Source: Nitrospirota bacterium
GTDB lineage: Bacteria; Nitrospirota; UBA9217
Length of the DNA stretch: 64,000 bases
Reading direction: 5' to 3'
NCBI GenBank assembly: GCA_029858565.1
Contig: JAOUEV010000005.1
Location: 47,739 to 111,738, forward strand
The position numbers were made by a program, and so were the translations under genes. Positions 48,236 through 55,910 of the stretch are shown in pieces. Every line of letters starts with the position of its first letter. The stretch's first letter is position 1. A model generated the notes under the pieces. That model ran no database searches and was not told the origin of the DNA. It saw nothing but the letters and a program-made list of their open reading frames with translations.

Positions 48236-50146
48236 CTACTTGAGCTCCGACGCGGGGTCGTTCGGCGCCCTGAGCGCGGCATTGGAGGTGAACAGGAGCA
48301 CCTGGGTCTTTGTACCGAGTACGCGAAGCAGCTGGCATGCCTGCTGCTGGCGCGGAGGGTCCATGCCCGCGAAAGGATCGTCAAGCAGGAACGGCAGCCT
48401 TCGCTTCCCCACGATCGCCTCGACAATGGCCGCGCGCAAGCAGAAGCAGGCCATGAGCCGGGTCCCGTCGCTCAGGGTATCAAAGGACAGCCGGTTCCCC
48501 GCCGCGTCCTGAACAACCGGATGCCCTTCCTGGCCGGTCTCGATCTTGACGTACCGTCCGCCGCTCACCGCGGTGATATTCCGCTGCGCCGCGCTCTCGA
48601 CGGCAGGCACCAGTATCTCCATCTCGATCCCGCTGATCCGGCTCGCGAGAGCGACCAGATCGTGCAGGTCCGAACCGCCGGCCCCCCCGGGTGCCGCGGA
48701 GGGCGCGCTGAAATCGGTCATTGCGCCGAAATCGGCGAAACCAGGGTCCTGCTGCACAGCCGGCGCGACAGCTCCCTCGATCCGTTCGATCTCCTGCCGG
48801 AGGCTGTAAGTGTCCACTGCGTACTTTGCCACGGCCCTGGACGCCTGTTCGAGGGTCGCGACCTCGGCCTGCTGGGCCGCGTATTCCGCCCGGACATCTT
48901 CCTCTGCCTGGCCGCCGAGGGCCATCCGCTGCTGTTCCGCGGCCTCCTCGCGCATTTCCCGGAAATACCGGTAATTGTCCGCCTTTTCCCTGAGCTCAGC
49001 CGCGCTCTTCGACTCCGTGGCCTTCATGTGCTTCAGGATGACTGCCCCGGCGTCCTGGAATTTCTTCTCAATTGCCGCCCGTTCCTTTACCAGCCCGTCG
49101 ATCTCCTTCTGCACTGCCGTATGCTGCGCATTCTTCCGGGAACTGTTGTACCAGCCCGCGACGATCAGGAGCAGCGACGCCAGGATCAGGATGGGGAAAT
49201 AGATCGCCTGCTCGTCCAACAGGATGAACAGGCCCAGGATCAGCGCGATGCCGCCCATGGCGGCGCCGGCAATGAAAAGTTTCTCGGTCACCATGTTCGC
49301 CACGGGAAGGGTGTCGCGCTGCATTGTCAGCGCTTCGATGTCCTTCTCCACGTCGTTCGTCTTGGCGGCCCGCTCGTTCTCTTCCTGTTCGTGGGTGCTG
49401 ATCAGCTCGGCAAGATTTTCGGGAAGCCCTTTGCACGCGGAAAGCTCTGCGAGCTGCGTCTCGACCTCTTCGAGCCGTCCCCTGCTCTCTTCCAGCCGCT
49501 CCAGCTTCTTGGCGATCTCGGTCAACCTTACACGGGCGGCCTCGGCCTTGTACTCGGCATCAGCAGCATCTTCGGCCTTCTGCAGCGTCTCCTTGAGCTC
49601 GGCAAGCTTCCTCTCCTGGGCAGCGTTCCTCCCCGCCGGAGCGGGGGCGGGAGTCGGCGCTGCGGCGCGCCGCGGCGTGTCCGTCGAGGGAACCGCTGCC
49701 GCTGTCGACGGGGCGGTACAGGCATCGCGCCGGAACACCAGCAGGCGGCCGTAATCGTCTGCAGTGATCCCGGGCAGCAGACCGTCCATGAACTGCGCAG
49801 TGCTGTCCCAGTCCTTGTGAAGAAGGGAGAATTCCTTGGTGGAAGCGTTGTACTTGGAGAGGTTGACGGCGCGCCTGGTGAGGTCCTGGATCACCCGGTA
49901 GTACGACCCGTCGTCGGAGTAGACGACAAGCGCGCCCCGCGATCCCTCGGGAGCTGCCCGCGACACCAGGATATCCATCTTCGACGGATCGTTCACCGGG
50001 AACAGAAGGAGGACAATGCTGTCCACCGACGTCGTTTTGCCCGACTCGTTCCCGGCGCTGATAATATTGAACCCACCTTGAAACCTGAGGCGTGCCAACT
50101 GCTGAAAACCGCGAATGCCCTGCATCACCAGTTCCACCAGGAACAT
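48236..50146 (-). CDS. SMC/Rad50-like coiled-coil ATPase with a central transmembrane hairpin (YhaN-like)
   Basis: Walker A GNESGKTT, long coiled coils, two hydrophobic helices, signature LSDGT, Walker B LLDDPF, QVLLFT. ATG at 50146 follows AGGAG. Confidence 0.85.
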   Translation of the reverse strand: MFLVELVMQGIRGFQQLARLRFQGGFNIISAGNESGKTTSVDSIVLLLFPVNDPSKMDILVSRAAPEGSRGALVVYSDDGSYYRVIQDLTRRAVNLSKYNASTKEFSLLHKDWDSTAQFMDGLLPGITADDYGRLLVFRRDACTAPSTAAAVPSTDTPRRAAAPTPAPAPAGRNAAQERKLAELKETLQKAEDAADAEYKAEAARVRLTEIAKKLERLEESRGRLEEVETQLAELSACKGLPENLAELISTHEQEENERAAKTNDVEKDIEALTMQRDTLPVANMVTEKLFIAGAAMGGIALILGLFILLDEQAIYFPILILASLLLIVAGWYNSSRKNAQHTAVQKEIDGLVKERAAIEKKFQDAGAVILKHMKATESKSAAELREKADNYRYFREMREEAAEQQRMALGGQAEEDVRAEYAAQQAEVATLEQASRAVAKYAVDTYSLRQEIERIEGAVAPAVQQDPGFADFGAMTDFSAPSAAPGGAGGSDLHDLVALASRISGIEMEILVPAVESAAQRNITAVSGGRYVKIETGQEGHPVVQDAAGNRLSFDTLSDGTRLMACFCLRAAIVEAIVGKRRLPFLLDDPFAGMDPPRQQQACQLLRVLGTKTQVLLFTSNAALRAPNDPASELK

Positions 50147-50230
50147 AGAGCGCACTCCTTTCGCCACGGAGACTTGAGTGATAACTATAGCGCAAGTGCG
50201 CTCAAAGCGCAACAAGGAAAAATGGGATAA

Positions 50231-51748
50231 TCACAGTTTTTCAAGCGCTTTGAAGAGCGCTTCCGCTTTCTGGAGGGTCTCCTGGTATTCACGCTCCGGA
50301 TCCGAATCCGCGACAATGCCGGCTCCGACCTGCACGTACGCCGCATCGTCCTTCACCACAAAGGTCCGGATGATGATGTTCAGATCCAGGTCGCCGGTGT
50401 TCGCAATATAGCCGAGCGAGCCCGTATAAAGACCGCGGCTGACCGGCTCCAGTTCGTCGATGATCTCCATGCAGCGGACCTTGGGCACGCCGGTGATCGT
50501 CCCGCCGGGAAAGACCGCGCGGACCAGGTCGAACCCGTCCCTGCCCGCGGCGAGTTCTCCGCGAACATTCGAAACAATGTGGATCACGTGGGAGTAATCT
50601 TCCACGACCATCATTTCATCGACCGACACGGTCCCGTAATCGCAGACCTTTCCCAGATCGTTCCGCTCCAGGTCGAGCAGCATGATGTGCTCGGCCCGTT
50701 CCTTCTCATTTGTCAGGAGTTCGGCGGTAAGCTCTCTCGTCTCGTCGAAATCACGGCCCCGTTTCCGGGTCCCGGCGATCGGCCGCGTGTCCGCCGCCCT
50801 GCCGGACAAACGCACGAGCCGCTCCGGCGAGGAGCTTACGACCGTCAGGTCACCGAACTCGACATAGGCCGCGAAGGGGGAAGGATTGATCTCCCGCAGC
50901 ACGTTGTACAAGTGGAGCGGATCACGCCCATGGAGGTTCGCCGAGAACCGCTGGGACAGGTTCGCCTGATAGATGTCACCTGCGGAAATATACTCCTTGG
51001 CGCGGCGCACCATGGATTCGAAACGTTCCTTGGTCATCTGCGGCGTGATCGCAATAGCTCCGCCTGGCCCCGCGGACCGCTCTTTTTTGGAAGGCGCTCC
51101 CGATCCCAGCAGTTCCCGGATACGGATAAGTCTTGCCGCAGCTGCGTCATACAACCGTCCCCACTCGTCAGCCGCCGGTCTGCGATATCCCATTTCCTGC
51201 TCCCGCGCCCCGGGATTCACCAGAAGCCAGGCCTTGTTCTGAACGTGGTCATAAGCTGCGACAAGGTCCACGAAGAGGAAGCAGGACTCGGGAACAGCAA
51301 GATCGTCAGCGGCCTGATGCGGCACCTTCTCGAACTGCCGCACGAAATCATAGGAAAAGAACCCCACCGCGCCGCCGGTAAAAGGAGGGAGCCCCGGAAG
51401 CGGCTCGGTGCGGTAGTTCGCCATCAGGTCCCTGAGCTTGGCAAGCGGTTTTCGCGTGACCGCTGCCCGTTTTCCGTACTTCCCCTCGGGCGCGACGGTC
51501 CAGTGGAGATCGATGGATTCGCCGCGGGAGCGGAAGATGAGGTAGGGATCAGCGGAGACAAAGGAATACCGTCCGATCTTGCCATGAACACGGACGCTTT
51601 CGAGCAGTGCGGCATGACCGAGAGGCCGCAGTGCCTCAAGCACAGCAAGGGGAGGGAACTGCGCGGGATCGAACTCCAGCGCGATCGGCGTGATCATGCC
51701 TTTTCCTGCCGCGGACAGGAACTCTTCTCGGGAAGGATGCTGTGCCAT
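50231..51748 (-). CDS. pabB: Chorismate-binding component I, most like aminodeoxychorismate synthase PabB
   Basis: LLES, YQANLSQR, NPSPFAAY, SSPERL, RPIAGTR, EHIMLLDLERNDLG, FPGGTITGVPKVRCMEII. A TrpE function is not excluded. Confidence 0.7.
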   Translation of the reverse strand: MAQHPSREEFLSAAGKGMITPIALEFDPAQFPPLAVLEALRPLGHAALLESVRVHGKIGRYSFVSADPYLIFRSRGESIDLHWTVAPEGKYGKRAAVTRKPLAKLRDLMANYRTEPLPGLPPFTGGAVGFFSYDFVRQFEKVPHQAADDLAVPESCFLFVDLVAAYDHVQNKAWLLVNPGAREQEMGYRRPAADEWGRLYDAAAARLIRIRELLGSGAPSKKERSAGPGGAIAITPQMTKERFESMVRRAKEYISAGDIYQANLSQRFSANLHGRDPLHLYNVLREINPSPFAAYVEFGDLTVVSSSPERLVRLSGRAADTRPIAGTRKRGRDFDETRELTAELLTNEKERAEHIMLLDLERNDLGKVCDYGTVSVDEMMVVEDYSHVIHIVSNVRGELAAGRDGFDLVRAVFPGGTITGVPKVRCMEIIDELEPVSRGLYTGSLGYIANTGDLDLNIIIRTFVVKDDAAYVQVGAGIVADSDPEREYQETLQKAEALFKALEKL

Positions 51749-51757
51749 GGAAAGAAA

Positions 51758-51786
51758 ACTCTAAACGCTTCTTCCGGCAGGGTCAA
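51758..51786 (-). promoter_or_regulatory. Sigma70 promoter of the pabB-like gene
   Basis: TTGACC-17 nt-TAGAGT, 9 nt before the ATG at 51748. Confidence 0.65.
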
Positions 51787-51832
51787 GGGGTTTTTTTATT
51801 ATTGCGGTGCTTCTTCCGGCCTTGACAATCTA

Positions 51833-51880
51833 TGCTATACTATGGATAGAGATCAGGTCAGGATGGGGTCTTTGAAAACT
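51833..51880 (+). promoter_or_regulatory. Extended -10 promoter and boxA-like antitermination motif
   Basis: TGCTATACT (51833-51841) and GTCTTTGAAAACT (51868-51880). Confidence 0.55.
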
Positions 51881-51890
51881 TGCATGCAGA

Positions 51891-52202
51891 AGAGGCGTTG
51901 CCGAACCCACACCAGAAGGTGTACACATGTTGACCCGTTACGAGGGGAATAAGGCAGCGGTTGCACGGGCGCCGGGATCGGAGCAGAAGCCACAAGTTGA
52001 GCGGCCAGCTCTCCGGTTCGCTGTACAAGGACCCGGCCAGCCGTAAGAGCCGAAAGCCCCGAAGTTCCGGTCGACGCGGGATTTAGCAGTATGCTTCATC
52101 GGTTTTGCTGGTCAGAACCAAAGAAGTGGAGGTTGTATCACCCGCGGTCACCGGAACTCGACGGAACGTTAACCAATCGGTTCGGTGGCAACGCCTTTTT
52201 TT
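51891..52202 (+). ncRNA. Candidate ~310-nt structured RNA of unknown family
   Basis: 5'/3' closing helix AGGCGTTGCC/GGCAACGCCT plus GAACC/GGTTC, several internal helices with G-U pairs on the + strand, a terminal T7, and no long credible ORF. Confidence 0.6.
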
Positions 52203-52370
52203 ATCACTCTCCGCAGAACGGTACTCCCATCCACCCCATTCCCGCATGTACGGCATCGCTCAAGAGAGACCTGCATCGCACGACAGCGAATACATCTTGT
52301 TGATCGCACAGGTCCGGATTCGATCCTCCGGGAACTTGCCCTAACTCCACGACCATCTGGCGGAACAACC

Positions 52371-53621
52371 ATGGGAATACTCGCGATGATCCTCGCGGGC
52401 GGCAAAGGCGAACGGCTGCACCCGCTCACCCTGCACCGCGCGAAACCGGCCGTCCCTTTTGGCGGCCTGTACCGCATTGTCGATTTCACTCTTTCCAACT
52501 GCATCAATTCGCATATCCGCAAGATCGTGGTCCTGACCCAGTACAAGTCGCTCTCCCTGGACAAGCATTTGCGGCTCGGATGGAATGTCTTTTCCGGAGA
52601 ACTGGACGAATACGTCATCTCCGTGCCGCCCCAGCAGCGCGTCGGGGACAAATGGTATCAGGGCACTGCCGATGCCATCTACCAGAACATCTACATGATC
52701 GAGAAGGACGCGCCGGAATATCTGCTCATCCTTGCCGGCGACCACATCTACAAGATGGACTACGCAGAAATGCTCCGGTTCCATCAGGAACAGGGAGCCG
52801 ACGCTACGGTGGCGGCGATCGAGGTCCCGATCAACCAGGCCACGTCCTTCGGCGTGATCGAAGTGGACGAAAAAAGCCGCATCGTGGGCTTTGAGGAGAA
52901 ACCCAAAAATCCGAAACCGATCCCCGGGAAACCGGACCTCGCCTTTGCCTCCATGGGGATCTATTTGTTCAACACGCGGACCATCCTCGAACACCTGCGG
53001 TTCGACGCGCTCCAGGACACGGCGCACGACTTCGGCAGGAACATCATCCCCACCATGATGCGCTCGGCGCGCGTCTGCACCTACAACTTCATCGATAAGA
53101 ACCGGAAAGCGGCGAAATACTGGCGGGACGTGGGGACCGTCGATGCTTACTGGGAGGCGAACATGGACCTGGTGAGCGTCGATCCCCTGCTGAACCTCTA
53201 TGACCGGTCATGGCCCATCCGGACCCATCAGGCGCAGAATCCTCCGGTCAAGTTCGTCTTTGCCCAGGAGAAGAAGGGGGGGAGACTCGGAACCGCGCTG
53301 GATTCGATCGTGGCCAATGGCTGCATCGTGAGCGGCGGCCGGGTGCAGAACTCGGTCCTGTCGCCGAACGTCCGGGTGAACAGCTTCAGCGAAGTGCACG
53401 AATCGATCCTCATGGAGAATGTGGACATCGGAAGGCACTGCAGGATCCGGAAGGCGATCATTGACAAGGATGTGAAGGTCCCTCCCGGGACTGTTATCGG
53501 ATATGACCCGGAACAGGACCGGCAGCGGTTCTATATCAGCCCCGGCGGCATCGTGGTCATTGCCAAAGGCACGGAGATGGACGGCACCTCGCTTTCCGTG
53601 ACCGAGGACGAACTCCCCTGA
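52371..53621 (+). CDS. glgC: Glucose-1-phosphate adenylyltransferase
   Basis: ILAGGKGERLHPLT..RAKPAVPFGG.YRI, WYQGTADA, GDHIYKMDY, FEEKP, YWRDVGT. The true start is ATG 52371, not 52185. Confidence 0.98.
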   Translation: MGILAMILAGGKGERLHPLTLHRAKPAVPFGGLYRIVDFTLSNCINSHIRKIVVLTQYKSLSLDKHLRLGWNVFSGELDEYVISVPPQQRVGDKWYQGTADAIYQNIYMIEKDAPEYLLILAGDHIYKMDYAEMLRFHQEQGADATVAAIEVPINQATSFGVIEVDEKSRIVGFEEKPKNPKPIPGKPDLAFASMGIYLFNTRTILEHLRFDALQDTAHDFGRNIIPTMMRSARVCTYNFIDKNRKAAKYWRDVGTVDAYWEANMDLVSVDPLLNLYDRSWPIRTHQAQNPPVKFVFAQEKKGGRLGTALDSIVANGCIVSGGRVQNSVLSPNVRVNSFSEVHESILMENVDIGRHCRIRKAIIDKDVKVPPGTVIGYDPEQDRQRFYISPGGIVVIAKGTEMDGTSLSVTEDELP

Positions 53622-53868
53622 GTTCCGCGCCTTATCTGTCGCGCTCCTTTTTCTCGCTATTCGCCCTTCTTCCCCCTGCCGTGCATCCGCGTTTACACAG
53701 CCATCAGAACGCCGTTCGGCATCATATCATCCGGCGGCGGGGCGCCGAAGACAGACCGGGTTGCCGTATCAACCGGCCAACCCAAAAGTGCAAATATCCC
53801 TATAACAGAGATTGTGTAAAAGAGATTGATGATTCTAAGGAGCGGTCCTGCTATAATGCCAATCAGCT

Positions 53869-54801
53869 ATGACCCGGAAACTCCCGCCTGACGGTCTTGA
53901 TCGGACCGCTGACTCCTGCCTGGACCTGATAGGAGCCACCCCGCTTGTCAGGATCAGCAGGATCGCGCGCGGCCTGAACCCGGAGGTCCGCATCCTTGCC
54001 AAGCTCGAACGGGTCAATCCCGGCGGGTCCGTGAAGGACCGCGCGGCCCTGCGCATGATCATTGACGCGGAACAGGCCGGCGACCTGCGCAAGGGAAGAA
54101 CGATCCTCGATTCGTCGTCAGGGAATACCGGCATTGCCTATGCCATGATCGGAGCGGTACGGGGATATGCCGTCACGATAGTCATCCCCGAGAACGCGAG
54201 CTCCGAACGCAAAAAGATCATCGCGGGATTCGGCGCAGAGCTTGTCCTCTCCAGCCCCTATGAGGGCGCCGATGGGGCCATTGGGAAGGCAAAAGAGCTC
54301 AGGGACGGGGATCCGGGACGATACTTCCAGCCTGATCAGTACAACAATCCTTCCAATGCAAAAGCTCACGAGCTGACCACCGGGCCGGAGATCATCAGCC
54401 AGACACAGGGTTCGGTCACGCACTTTATCGCCTGCGTGGGCACCGGCGGCACCATCATGGGGACCGGCAGGGCGCTGCGCGCCTTCCGCAGGGACATCAA
54501 GGTCCTTTCCGTCCACCCTGACGACGCATTGCACGGAATTGAAGGGACCAAGTTCCTTGAAGACGGAGCCATCGTTCCCGGCATCTTTGACAGGAACTTC
54601 CCTGATGAGCGTCACAGCGTGAGCACCGAGGCCGCCTTTGAAATGACAGCGCGCCTGGCACGGGAGGAAGGCCTGTTCGTGGGAACTTCCTCGGGCGCGG
54701 CGCTGTCCGCGGCACTGACATTGGCGGACAAGCTGGACCGGGGAACGATCGTGGTGATGTTCCCCGACGGAGGGGACAGATATCTGAGCAGACAACTGTA
54801 G
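53869..54801 (+). CDS. PLP-dependent cysteine synthase family protein (CysK/CysM)
   Basis: IGATPLV, KLERVNPGGSVKDR, SSGNTG, GTGGT, EGLFVGTSSG, PDGGDRYLS. Confidence 0.95.
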   Translation: MTRKLPPDGLDRTADSCLDLIGATPLVRISRIARGLNPEVRILAKLERVNPGGSVKDRAALRMIIDAEQAGDLRKGRTILDSSSGNTGIAYAMIGAVRGYAVTIVIPENASSERKKIIAGFGAELVLSSPYEGADGAIGKAKELRDGDPGRYFQPDQYNNPSNAKAHELTTGPEIISQTQGSVTHFIACVGTGGTIMGTGRALRAFRRDIKVLSVHPDDALHGIEGTKFLEDGAIVPGIFDRNFPDERHSVSTEAAFEMTARLAREEGLFVGTSSGAALSAALTLADKLDRGTIVVMFPDGGDRYLSRQL

Positions 54802-54964
54802 CACTATTTATCCGGGCATCGTCAGGAGCATTTTTCCAAGAACGCTGTAAAGGCCGCGAGAACGTCAGAGACTGGAACGTGAATGTCTTGATCAGCATTC
54901 CTTCGCGTCCCTTGCACACTCGCGGTTCCAGAATTATATATCTGCCGTTGTGCTGGGAGGGATC

Positions 54965-55411
54965 ATGTTAACCGCTCATACGATAGAAGCAATCTCAAAG
55001 CAGGCCGTTGCCGAGTATCCGGCTGAATGCTGCGGCATCGTGACCGGCAACGCCTCGTCCCAGACAGTCCATCCCTGCAGGAACCGGCAGGATGAGCTCC
55101 ATGCCAGCGATCCGGAACAGCATCCAAGGACGAGCCGCGAAGCCTATGATATCGACCGGAACGAGATGGAGAGCATCTTCCGCGATGCCGCGGCGCATGG
55201 CGAGCAGGTCATCTGCTTCTATCACTCCCACATCGACTGCGGCGCCTATTTTTCCCAGATGGACAGGGAGGTCCAGACGGTTTTTGGCGAGCCCGAATTC
55301 CCTGAGGCGGTCCATGTGGTCCTATCGGTCCAGAACAGGCAGGTGGCGGAGATCAGGGGATTTTGCTGGGACAAATCAGCGGAGGATTTCACTGTGATCC
55401 CTATCCCCTAG
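54965..55411 (+). CDS. JAB/MPN+ (M67) metalloprotease, Mec-like
   Basis: YPAECCG and YHSH......FSQMD (JAMM motif). RBS GGAGGG. Confidence 0.92.
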   Translation: MLTAHTIEAISKQAVAEYPAECCGIVTGNASSQTVHPCRNRQDELHASDPEQHPRTSREAYDIDRNEMESIFRDAAAHGEQVICFYHSHIDCGAYFSQMDREVQTVFGEPEFPEAVHVVLSVQNRQVAEIRGFCWDKSAEDFTVIPIP

Positions 55412-55538
55412 CCCCCTCCACCTTGCGTTCGAGAGATTCCTTAGATATACTAGTAATTACATCAACCTGGCGCCGGAAAAACGGGGTACCATCGACCTCC
55501 GGCACCCCGTGCATTCCCTGGAAAGCGAGTGAAACACC

Positions 55539-55910
55539 ATGATCTGGACTCCCCTTCGGAGCAACGGGCTCCGGTGCCGTGCATTGATCCTTGCGAGTAT
55601 CGTCATGCTCCTGCTGCTATCCGGATGTGCGTCCCTGTTCCCTGAACAGCACAGGTCCGGCCGCGGAAGCGGCGACTCCCGGTCCCCGCAGCGCCAGTCG
55701 GTGCGGACGGGCGCAGATGCCAGGGACCAGCAGCATTATTACGATATCGGGCTGCAGCATTATTCCAAGGAAAACTACGATAGGGCGAAACGTGCGTTCC
55801 AGCATGTGGTTGACATGGGTCCTTCCACGCCCCTGGGGCTGAAAGCGCAGGAGAACCTGAAGAAGATCCAGCAGATCGAGAAAACCCTCCAGGAGATCGA
55901 ATCAAAATGA
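55539..55910 (+). CDS. Small lipoprotein with a single TPR-like unit
   Basis: Lipobox LSGC; YYDIGLQHY...YDRAKRAFQHVV...P. Its stop overlaps the cyclase start (ATGA). Confidence 0.75.
   Translation: MIWTPLRSNGLRCRALILASIVMLLLLSGCASLFPEQHRSGRGSGDSRSPQRQSVRTGADARDQQHYYDIGLQHYSKENYDRAKRAFQHVVDMGPSTPLGLKAQENLKKIQQIEKTLQEIESK

Noticed and set aside
52038-52072. Group II intron domain V look-alike (AGCCG...GAAA...CGGT)
   Set aside because: The stem has several mismatches, its 3' half pairs better with 52150-52157, and no RT/maturase or domain VI is present.
52184-52195. T-box-like GGTGGCAACGC
   Set aside because: It is followed directly by a T-run with no terminator/antiterminator hairpin, no specifier stem is recognisable, the downstream gene is glgC, and the bases are explained by pairing with 51893-51902.
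51891-52202. Identification as tmRNA, RNase P, SRP, 6S RNA or cobalamin riboswitch
   Set aside because: There are no tRNA-like ends with CCA, no GAGGAAAGUCC, no SRP helix-8 CAGG-GNRA-AGCAG, no single 6S-like rod and no B12 box. This was judged by eye only; cmscan is still needed.
52185-52370. 62-aa N-terminal extension of GlgC in the ORF track
   Set aside because: GlgC homology begins at MGILAMILAGG (52371), and the upstream GTG lies in the RNA closing stem.
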